Shown: positions 26,360 to 34,157 of the stretch, piece by piece
Layout of the letters: each line of letters opens with the position of its first letter
Numbering within the stretch: position 1 is the stretch's first letter
Position numbers and translations under genes: made by a program
From: Gemmatimonadales bacterium
GTDB lineage: Bacteria > Gemmatimonadota > Gemmatimonadetes > Gemmatimonadales > GWC2-71-9
NCBI GenBank assembly: GCA_036444955.1
Contig: JAZFQE010000152.1
Span: 1-36,873, forward strand
Length of the DNA: 36,873 nt
Direction: 5' to 3'
The notes under the pieces: generated by a model
Database searches by the model: none
Seen by the model: only the letters and a program-made list of their open reading frames with translations
What the model was told of the DNA's origin: nothing

Positions 26360-26993
26360 CGACGATGCTCTTCAGACGCGCTTCGTTCGGGTCAATCACG
26401 TCACCAAATGGGCGAGGGTGACCGGTGGGATCCATTAGTACAGACGGACACACCAGCTCATGGCGGCTTGTGGCTATTCTCTCTTTGACCACTAGCGTGC
26501 AAGCCGCCGCGGCCATCCATACCTTCGCGGCACCCATCTCCTCTAGCGCCCGCGCGGCCGCCAGCAGCTTCCACGGCGACGTAACATGCCCATCAATCAC
26601 AACCGCATTGATCCCCACCACGGGTCTGATGGATCGGTGACCGCGAAACAGGAGGCGCTCCTGCTTGATGACCCTGCGAGCGTGGTCGATTGCCTCCTCG
26701 AGAGTGGTCATGAGATCGAACCGGGGTTGAAATTCCGCGGCGATCGCAGCTTCAGCATCTTCGGCCAAAGCGCCGACAGCGTCCTTACCCTCCAACCGAA
26801 TGTGTGCGCCTACTATGACATCGAAGCTGCATCCAATTGCCTTCGCGGCACTGGCGGCTATCTCGACACCGGTCGGCGTAATTCCCAGCAGCAGAACGGG
26901 GGCCGGGCAGCGACTGTACAGCTGGCGACCCAACAACGCCCCTGCAGCGGCTCGCGACGGGTAAAGAGGCTTTGGCTCCTGGTCTTCAGCCAT
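26340..26993 (-). CDS. Phosphoribosyltransferase-like protein with a non-canonical PRPP-binding loop
   Basis: 217 aa. It is colinear with the 'predicted phosphoribosyltransferase' family (RAAAGALLGRQL...PVLLLGITPTGVEIAASAAKAIGCSFDVIV...LFRGHRSIRPVVG). The PRPP loop reads AVVIDGHVTSPWK instead of the usual hydrophobic-x4-DDG-x-ATG-x-T pattern. Confidence 0.6.
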   Translation of the reverse strand: MAEDQEPKPLYPSRAAAGALLGRQLYSRCPAPVLLLGITPTGVEIAASAAKAIGCSFDVIVGAHIRLEGKDAVGALAEDAEAAIAAEFQPRFDLMTTLEEAIDHARRVIKQERLLFRGHRSIRPVVGINAVVIDGHVTSPWKLLAAARALEEMGAAKVWMAAAACTLVVKERIATSRHELVCPSVLMDPTGHPRPFGDVIDPNEARLKSIVVARDAA

Positions 26994-27287
26994 CTACTTC
27001 ACCCATATAGAAACCTTAAAAAAGTCGATGCTTGTTAACTCTTGCTGCATTACGAATGGATACAGTGTGACGACTCGCAAACGCCAAAATGTATCCGGCG
27101 CACTGGCCGCCTACAAGGTCACCGAGCCGTATCGACGTCTGCGCACCACTGATTACAGTCGATTCTCGCTCGTTTCATGATGTAAAACAGGGGTGGTCAA
27201 TCCTGACGGAGGGAACTAGTTTGCGGCATCTGGTTGTTGTGTAGTTGGGCGGTATGCCGGAGGCAACCTTCCAGAGGAACAACATAG

Positions 27288-29180
27288 GTGACTACAGTAG
27301 CGACAGAAAAGAAGGATAAGGATAAAGAACACATAGCGGCTAGAGCGACCGCAGTCTCAGAGCAGGAAGCCCGGGAAGTTGCTGAAGCGGCGCGGGAAAC
27401 CGAATGGACATCTCCCAGCTTCGTCAAGGAACTCTTCAACGGCAGATTGTTGCTGCACCTCGTCCACCCCTTTCCCAGAGTAGATCCCGAGGAAGAAGCA
27501 AGAGCGAAGCCTTTCCTCGAGAAGCTCGAAAAATTCCTAGAAGAGAACGTAGATGGCGAGGAGATCGACCGAAACCGTAAGATTCCGGCCAACGTGATGA
27601 AGGGCCTCGCCGAGCTCGGGTGTTTTGGGATCAAGATTCCGGTCGAGTACGGCGGGTTGGGGCTGAAGCAGACGACTTACAATCGAGCAATCGCGATAGC
27701 CGGTAGTTACGAAGGCTCAATCGGCGTGCTCCTGTCTGCACATCAGTCTATCGGCGTCCCGCAACCGCTCACACTGTTTGGAACCCCGGAGCAGAAGAAA
27801 AAATACCTCCCCCGGTTGGCGAAAGGAGAAATCAGCGCGTTTGCGCTCACCGAGACCGGCGTCGGGAGCGACCCGGCGAGAATGGAAACCACCGCCGACC
27901 TCTCCGAAGATGGCAGTCATTATATCATCAACGGAGAGAAGCTGTGGTGTACCAACGGAACGATCGCCGACATGATGGTTGTTATGGCCACGACCGGACC
28001 GAGGAAAATTACCGCCTTTATCGTTGAGTGCGCGTGGGAGGGTGTGGAGGTCGTACACAGGTGCGACTTCATGGGAATCAAGGGGATCGAGAACGGTGTG
28101 CTCAAATTCACCAACGTCAAAGTCCCCAAGGAAAACGTCCTTTGGGGCGAAGGCAAGGGTTTGAAGCTCGCCCTGATTACCCTGAACACGGGTCGCCTGA
28201 CGTTGCCGGCTTCGTCCGCCGCCGCTATCAAAGCGTGCCTGCGCATGGCCAGGAGGTTCAGCCAGACACGCGTTCAGTGGGGTCAGGTAATCGGAAAGCA
28301 CGACGCGATCGCCCAGAAGATCGGGACTATGGCGGCTACGGGCTTTGCGTTGGAAGCCTTGGCCGAGCTCGCTGCGCTCATGTCCGACCGAGGCGGCTTC
28401 GACATCCGCCTGGAAGCCGCAATCGCAAAGATGTGGAACACCGAGCAAGCTTGGGAGCTCATTGACGAAACGCTCCAGATCAAAGGTGGTAGAGGGTATG
28501 AAACGGCGACCAGCCTGAAGGCGCGTGGTGATCAGCCCGACGCGATTGAGAGACTGATGCGGGATTTCCGCATCAACTTGATCTTCGAAGGATCGAGCGA
28601 GATAATGAGGCTCTTCATTGCCCGCGAGATCGTGGACACACATCTCAAGGTGGCTGGAGCCATTGCGAATCCGAAGGCCTCGGCTCGCGCCAAGGTGAGA
28701 GACCTCTTCAAGGCAGCCGTCTATTATGCGGGCTGGTACCCTTCGCGCTGGATCGGCTGGGGTCGCTGGCCACAATACGCCGGATTCGGGCCCCTCGCCA
28801 AACACCTGCGGTACGTGGATCGCACTTCCCGCAAACTTGCTCGCACGCTGTTCCACGCCATCGTGCGGTTCGGCCCCGGCCTGGAGAAGCGGCAGGCTGT
28901 ATTGTTCAGAATCGTGGACATCGGCGCTGAGCTCTTTGCAATGGCAGCGACGTGCAGTCGAGCGCAAACGCTGCACAAGAGCAGGAGTCCGGAGGAACGA
29001 GCCCACGGATCGTCAGCGCACCAGCTTGCCGATCTCTTCTGCCGCGGCTCGCGGAGAAGGATCAAGCACCTGTTCAGATCCGTCTTCCGCAACGACGACA
29101 CCAGGACGTACAAAATGGCACAGCGCGTACTCTCGAATGAGCTAACCTGGTTGGAGGAAGGCATCGGGCGCAACATATAG
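27288..29180 (+). CDS. Long-form acyl-CoA dehydrogenase family protein
   Basis: 630 aa. It has an ACAD signature 1-like segment (FALTETGVGSDPA) and a signature 2-like segment (QIKGGRGYE). An extended N-terminus and C-terminal helical extension are typical of the roughly 600-aa ACADs. The GTG start has AGGAA 9 nt upstream. Confidence 0.85.
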   Translation: MTTVATEKKDKDKEHIAARATAVSEQEAREVAEAARETEWTSPSFVKELFNGRLLLHLVHPFPRVDPEEEARAKPFLEKLEKFLEENVDGEEIDRNRKIPANVMKGLAELGCFGIKIPVEYGGLGLKQTTYNRAIAIAGSYEGSIGVLLSAHQSIGVPQPLTLFGTPEQKKKYLPRLAKGEISAFALTETGVGSDPARMETTADLSEDGSHYIINGEKLWCTNGTIADMMVVMATTGPRKITAFIVECAWEGVEVVHRCDFMGIKGIENGVLKFTNVKVPKENVLWGEGKGLKLALITLNTGRLTLPASSAAAIKACLRMARRFSQTRVQWGQVIGKHDAIAQKIGTMAATGFALEALAELAALMSDRGGFDIRLEAAIAKMWNTEQAWELIDETLQIKGGRGYETATSLKARGDQPDAIERLMRDFRINLIFEGSSEIMRLFIAREIVDTHLKVAGAIANPKASARAKVRDLFKAAVYYAGWYPSRWIGWGRWPQYAGFGPLAKHLRYVDRTSRKLARTLFHAIVRFGPGLEKRQAVLFRIVDIGAELFAMAATCSRAQTLHKSRSPEERAHGSSAHQLADLFCRGSRRRIKHLFRSVFRNDDTRTYKMAQRVLSNELTWLEEGIGRNI

Positions 29181-29187
29181 GGCAGGC

Positions 29188-29610
29188 ATGTTGAAAGCTT
29201 CACTGGAATGCCAGTTCTGCAGCACTCTCAACTTGGTCGACCTCTCGAGGCACGACCACGGCCCCAAATGCGGAGAATGCGGGAAACCGTTTCTGCTCGA
29301 CAGGCCCGTTCAGGTCACTGAGGGAAACTTCGACAAGCTCATCGAGGAAACCAGCGTTCCGGTGATCGTCGATTTCTACGCTGACTGGTGTGGCCCCTGC
29401 CGCGTGATGGCACCGGTGCTTGATCAGATCGCGCAGGACCGCGTCGGCTCACTTTTGGTTGCGAAGATCAACACAGACCAGTCACCGGAGCTATGTCAGC
29501 GGTTTGGTATAAGATCCATTCCCTATTTCGCCCGCTTCGAGCAGGGCAAGAAGGTTGACGAGCTTGTCGGCACTGTAGATGCCGATGCGCTCAAGCAGTT
29601 CGCCGCCTAA
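29188..29610 (+). CDS. trxC: Thioredoxin 2-type thioredoxin with N-terminal zinc-finger
   Basis: The N-terminus carries CQFC...CGEC, a four-Cys zinc finger. The WCGPC active site is present. 140 aa. It lies 7 nt downstream of the ACAD gene. Confidence 0.85.
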   Translation: MLKASLECQFCSTLNLVDLSRHDHGPKCGECGKPFLLDRPVQVTEGNFDKLIEETSVPVIVDFYADWCGPCRVMAPVLDQIAQDRVGSLLVAKINTDQSPELCQRFGIRSIPYFARFEQGKKVDELVGTVDADALKQFAA

Positions 29611-29638
29611 GCGGATGGCTGTCAACGACAGTTGGCAA

Positions 29639-30358
29639 TCACGATTCCGCGAGGTCGCGACGATCCGCCCTGAGGAGGAACGCAGTGCCTACAAGCGCGA
29701 TCACCGCGAAGGAAAACCACTGGACGGCGTAGGATAAGTGCGGTCCGTCCTGGAAATCCGGCAGTGGAAGAGCGGTGAAACCAGAACCCCCGCGTACGGA
29801 CGCTCTGTCTCTCCTGAGAATGACCGGCAGAAGAGCGTACGGGTAGAGCGACTCGACCTGTTCAACAGAGATGGCCCCAACATGGAGCGGCCATTCGATC
29901 TGTCCGGCAAAATCGTGTGATCTGCTCGCTCGTGGCGGCACGACGTATCCGGGGACACTGACACGACCCGGCTCGGCCAACGCCGCCAAGTTCACACTTC
30001 GCCCGTCTGGAGCACTAACCCACCCTCTGTTCACGAGCACCGCTGTGCTATCATCGAGTCGCAACGGTGTTATTACGTGAACACCCAACAGCCCACCCAA
30101 CCGCCGCGTGACAACAACAATCTCACGATCCTCGTCAAACGTTCCCACGGCGCGCGCGCGCCTGTATTCCAGGGTATCGAACGAAGCCACGCGGCTCAAT
30201 TGAACCCGGGAACTTGCCAGCCTCTGTTCATGCAGCCGGTTGAGCACTCTCCTCTGCTCTAGCCGATCGAGCTGCCAGATACCCAGCCTCACACACACAC
30301 CGGCAGTGCCGAGGGCGACCACCACCAGGAGCATTTCCTTCAATCGGGGACTGACCAC
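29639..30358 (-). CDS. SURF1-family cytochrome oxidase assembly protein
   Basis: It has N- and C-terminal TM helices, the GIWQLDRLEQRR motif and a C-terminal HLSYAVQWFSFA. The GTG start is 13 nt downstream of the pgi stop. Confidence 0.85.
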   Translation of the reverse strand: MVSPRLKEMLLVVVALGTAGVCVRLGIWQLDRLEQRRVLNRLHEQRLASSRVQLSRVASFDTLEYRRARAVGTFDEDREIVVVTRRLGGLLGVHVITPLRLDDSTAVLVNRGWVSAPDGRSVNLAALAEPGRVSVPGYVVPPRASRSHDFAGQIEWPLHVGAISVEQVESLYPYALLPVILRRDRASVRGGSGFTALPLPDFQDGPHLSYAVQWFSFAVIALVGTAFLLRADRRDLAES

Positions 30359-30371
30359 ATGCCCTCTCGAT

Positions 30372-31979
30372 TCAGCCCAGGAGAATGTTACTCAGCGGTT
30401 TGATTGATTCGATGCGAACGATTGGAAGATTCCGCTCGGTCAGCGCCTGATAGTCGCCATCGGCCTGCGCCCTCATCAGCTGACCGAAAGTGTATGGCTG
30501 GCCGGGAACATCCACATCGAACGAAGGTGTATCCACAATCTGAATAAACCTTCCCTTCTTAGCGCCGCCTTTGTGCAACTGACCTGACGAGTGGAGGTAG
30601 CGAGGTCCGTAACCGACCGTCATCGGCATCCCGAACTTCCGATTCGCGGCTGCCGCCAGTGCCGTGAACGCAGCATCGACTCTCTCCGACGGTTCCACGA
30701 ACGCGAGAACGGCCAGGTACTCACCCGTGACGCTGTCGCTCAGAAAGTCTTTCAGCTCGGGAACAGATGCGGTCGCCGTTGCAACGATGTCCCCGCCCAA
30801 TAGCCTCGAGGTGCTGTCCTTGCTCTGTGCAACGTTGGGTTGGTTGAAGGGATTGATCTTCATTAAGGAAGCAGCAGCAACGGTCACGATCTCCCACCAC
30901 AAGAACTGCGCGCCAATTTCAGAAGGCTCATCCAGAACGATCTCAACAACCGGGTGGCCGACATCTGCCAACTTCCCGAGCTCGGCTTGCCACGCCACGT
31001 CACTCTCACCTCGCAAGGAGAGCGGAACAAAGAACCGCTCATTACCATATTCATCCGCTTCGCCGGGGGAGGTTTCGAGAACCGGAACGATGCCCTTGCC
31101 GTCCTTTCCGGTACTCTCAGCTATCAGCTGCTCGAGCCAGAGACCGAAGGCTCGTAACCGCGGGCTCAACACGAACATCAGCTTGTCTCTTCCCCCCGCT
31201 GCTGCTGCTGCCAAGAGCACGCCCAATTTCGCGGCGGACGATTCCCTGCCGTTATCGGTCGGCTGTTCGAGATTCAGTCGGCACGCCGACTCCAGCACCG
31301 ATGTGATATCGATTCCCACCAACGAAGCAGGAACGATTCCAAAGTAGGAGAGTGCGGAAAATCTTCCTCCGACATCCGGAGGGTTCAGAAAAGTTTTTAG
31401 GAACCCTCGGTCCTCGGACGTCACTGCAAGCTCTGTACCCGGGTCCGTTACAGCTACGAACTGTGATCCGTTATGCGAAGTCTGCTCCCAGAAAAAATCC
31501 AGGAAACACTTTGTCTCGACTGTAGTTCCCGACTTACTGGAAATAACGAACAGGGTCTTGCGCATATCACCGTTGCGTGCAACCCTAGCGACTGCCGCGG
31601 GGTGTGTCGAGTCGAGGAGATGAAGCGACGGGTATCCTTCACTTCCACCCAGCACCCGCCACATCACCTCTGCAGCAAGGCTCGCCCCTCCCATACCACA
31701 AAGTACCACCCGGTCGAAGCTTTCCTTCAGCGCGCCAGCGAACTCATCCAGCCCAGCCGCTTCGGCAAGCATCTCCCGGTGAACCCCAAGCCAACCGAAT
31801 CTGTCTGAGAACTCCGGGCAGTCGTTCCGCAGCCCCCACACGGCAGCGTCCTTCGTTCGCAGTCCGTCAAGCACCGCACGAGCGCTGGAAGACATCGCTG
31901 ACTCGTCGACTTCTTTTCCCAAAGACCCTGCAGACGCCCAGTTGACTCCCGCGCCGTCGGTCAACAAATCTCCGGTCAC
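30372..31979 (-). CDS. pgi: Glucose-6-phosphate isomerase
   Basis: It has SIS-domain layout and a PGI signature 1-like [14 protein letters not shown]. 535 aa. The GTG start overlaps the tkt stop (GTGA at 31976..31979). Confidence 0.8.
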   Translation of the reverse strand: MTGDLLTDGAGVNWASAGSLGKEVDESAMSSSARAVLDGLRTKDAAVWGLRNDCPEFSDRFGWLGVHREMLAEAAGLDEFAGALKESFDRVVLCGMGGASLAAEVMWRVLGGSEGYPSLHLLDSTHPAAVARVARNGDMRKTLFVISSKSGTTVETKCFLDFFWEQTSHNGSQFVAVTDPGTELAVTSEDRGFLKTFLNPPDVGGRFSALSYFGIVPASLVGIDITSVLESACRLNLEQPTDNGRESSAAKLGVLLAAAAAGGRDKLMFVLSPRLRAFGLWLEQLIAESTGKDGKGIVPVLETSPGEADEYGNERFFVPLSLRGESDVAWQAELGKLADVGHPVVEIVLDEPSEIGAQFLWWEIVTVAAASLMKINPFNQPNVAQSKDSTSRLLGGDIVATATASVPELKDFLSDSVTGEYLAVLAFVEPSERVDAAFTALAAAANRKFGMPMTVGYGPRYLHSSGQLHKGGAKKGRFIQIVDTPSFDVDVPGQPYTFGQLMRAQADGDYQALTERNLPIVRIESIKPLSNILLG

Positions 31980-34021
31980 CCGTTGACCAGTGACCTCGCA
32001 GCCTCTGCGACAGCTTTGACCGTGAACCCCAATTCCTCGTAAATGGTTTTGTACGGCGAAGAAGCCCCGAAACGCTCGAGACCAATTACGATACCTTGTT
32101 CGCCAACAACACGATACCAGGACATGGGATGCGCCGCCTCTATCGCCACCCTGGGAATCCCCTGCGGTAACACACTCGAGCGATATCCCTCGTCCTGAGC
32201 CGTGAACAGCTCTAAACTCGGCATGCTCACAACCCGGGCAACGACGCCGCCTTCAAAGAGTTCATCTCTCGCCCCTAGCGCCAACTCTACTTCCGAGCCG
32301 CTCGCAATCAGAACAACCGCTGGTTCGCCGCCCGAATCGGCCAACACATAGCCACCGCGCAGGAGCCCGGATGCGTTCGCCACAGAACGACGATCTATCA
32401 GGGGGACCTTTTGCCTGGTGAGCACCAGCGCCACAGGCCCTTTGACGGCACTGAGCGCTGCTCTCCAGGCCTCAACGGTTTCACCCGCATCAGACGGACG
32501 GATCACTGTCATGTTCGGTATAGCTCGGAGCGCCGAGAGCTGTTCAACGGGTTGGTGCGTTGGTCCGTCCTCACCGAGCCCGATGGAATCGTGCGTGAAA
32601 ACGTAAATGACCTTCAACCCCATCATCGCCGCCAATCTGATCGACGGACGCATATAATCCGAGAAGATCAGGAATGTCCCCCCATACGGAATGAACCCAC
32701 CGTGCCGTGCCATCCCACTGAGCATCCCGCCCATGCCATGCTCCCTAACCCCGAAGTGGATGTTGCGGGCGGTGTAATCGTCGCTACTGACATGTTTAGA
32801 ATCCTGCACCAGCGTACTGGTCGAACCGCTAAGATCAGCCGAGCCGCCTACCAGCTCAGGCATCACCGGTGCGAGCGCGTTGATCACTTTTCCAGAAGCG
32901 GCTCTCGTCGCAACGGCACCTTCGTGCCCGGAGAACGACGGTAACTTCTCCTCCCAACCCGGCGGCAGCTTACACCCGATCCTGCGTTCGAGCTCAGCGG
33001 CGACAGCGGGATACTCTTGCTTAAACTCGGCGTAAAGCTCGCTGTGCGCGGCTTCGACCTCTGCACCTCGCTGCAAACAGCGACGCCACTCCTTGAGTGC
33101 TTCATCAGGCACGTAAAAATCGTCGGTGTAGTCCCAACCAAGATTCTGCTTTGCAAGCGCCACTTCCTCGGCGCCGAGGGGGGCACCGTGGGACTCGGCG
33201 GTATCCTGTTTGTTCGGACTGCCGTAGGCTATATGCGTATCGACGATTATCAGCGAGGGTCGCTCGCCCTCGCTGCTGGCAGACTCTATGGCCCGGTCAA
33301 GCGCCTCGAGATCGTTTCCATCCTCCACACGGTCTACGTACCAGCCATATGCCTCAAATCTACGGGCCGCGTCGTCGCTATACGCCAGCGACGTAGGACC
33401 GTCGATCGTTATCCGGTTATTGTCATAAAAGCCGATCAGCTTACCCAACTTCAGATGACCGGCGAAGGAGGCTACTTCGTGAGAAATCCCCTCCATAAGA
33501 TCACCATCGCTGACAATGAAATACGTGTGGTGATCAACGACATCGTAACCGGGGCGATTCATCTCGCTCGCGAGTCGTGCTTCAGCCAGTGCCATGCCGA
33601 CGGCGTTGGCAAATCCCTGCCCCAGAGGTCCCGTCGTGGTTTCCACACCAGGCGTTAAGCCATGCTCCGGGTGTCCGGGCGTGCGACTGCCCCACTGTCT
33701 GAAGTTCTTTAACTCATCCAAGGAAAGCTCGTAACCCGTGAGATACAGCATGCTGTAGATGAGCATGCAAGCATGCCCGCATGAAAGCACGAATCTATCG
33801 CGATTGAACCAGTCGGGGTTGCGCGGATTGTGTTTGAGGTGCCGTGACCAGAGTACGTACCCCAGCGGGGCAAGGCCCATAGGAGCGCCGGGATGCCCAC
33901 TCTTGGCGCGCTCAACGGCGTCCATGGTGAGGGCGCGAACAGTATTTACACAGAGACGATCGAGTTCCGCCCGCGACGCGGTTGCCGCCGAAGCGGGTCT
34001 TGCTCTTTCGGTTGGTTGCAC
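31976..34021 (-). CDS. tkt: Transketolase
   Basis: 681 aa. It shows [21 protein letters not shown], the ThDP motif region and the transketolase signature [16 protein letters not shown]. Confidence 0.95.
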   Translation of the reverse strand: MQPTERARPASAATASRAELDRLCVNTVRALTMDAVERAKSGHPGAPMGLAPLGYVLWSRHLKHNPRNPDWFNRDRFVLSCGHACMLIYSMLYLTGYELSLDELKNFRQWGSRTPGHPEHGLTPGVETTTGPLGQGFANAVGMALAEARLASEMNRPGYDVVDHHTYFIVSDGDLMEGISHEVASFAGHLKLGKLIGFYDNNRITIDGPTSLAYSDDAARRFEAYGWYVDRVEDGNDLEALDRAIESASSEGERPSLIIVDTHIAYGSPNKQDTAESHGAPLGAEEVALAKQNLGWDYTDDFYVPDEALKEWRRCLQRGAEVEAAHSELYAEFKQEYPAVAAELERRIGCKLPPGWEEKLPSFSGHEGAVATRAASGKVINALAPVMPELVGGSADLSGSTSTLVQDSKHVSSDDYTARNIHFGVREHGMGGMLSGMARHGGFIPYGGTFLIFSDYMRPSIRLAAMMGLKVIYVFTHDSIGLGEDGPTHQPVEQLSALRAIPNMTVIRPSDAGETVEAWRAALSAVKGPVALVLTRQKVPLIDRRSVANASGLLRGGYVLADSGGEPAVVLIASGSEVELALGARDELFEGGVVARVVSMPSLELFTAQDEGYRSSVLPQGIPRVAIEAAHPMSWYRVVGEQGIVIGLERFGASSPYKTIYEELGFTVKAVAEAARSLVNG

Positions 34022-34157
34022 TGTCAGGGTGACTCGTCTGTCGGGATCTGGGAGTTAATGAAGAAGCCCGTAACAAGATAGCAGCGTCTGCTTAAATTCG
34101 CATTCGCGGATCGAAAAACACTGTAGCAAGTAACTACCGGAGTGTATACTTACTTGC

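Noticed and set aside
26994-27287. 294-bp lower-GC divergent intergenic region, scanned for a Fur box, riboswitch-like structure or small ORFs
   Set aside because: I found no match to the Fur consensus. The only peptides are trivially short (for example a 19-aa minus-strand ORF), and the only hairpins are weak. It probably just holds two divergent promoters, and I could not identify convincing -35/-10 pairs.
27717-29006. Minus-strand ORF of 429 aa
   Set aside because: It is entirely antisense to the acyl-CoA dehydrogenase gene, which carries ACAD signatures. It looks like a GC-rich antisense artefact.
29619-29631. Small hairpin (CTGTC-aac-GACAG) between the convergent trxC-like and SURF1 genes, considered as a bidirectional terminator
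   Set aside because: It has only a 5-bp stem and no flanking T/A tracts, so it is too weak to call.
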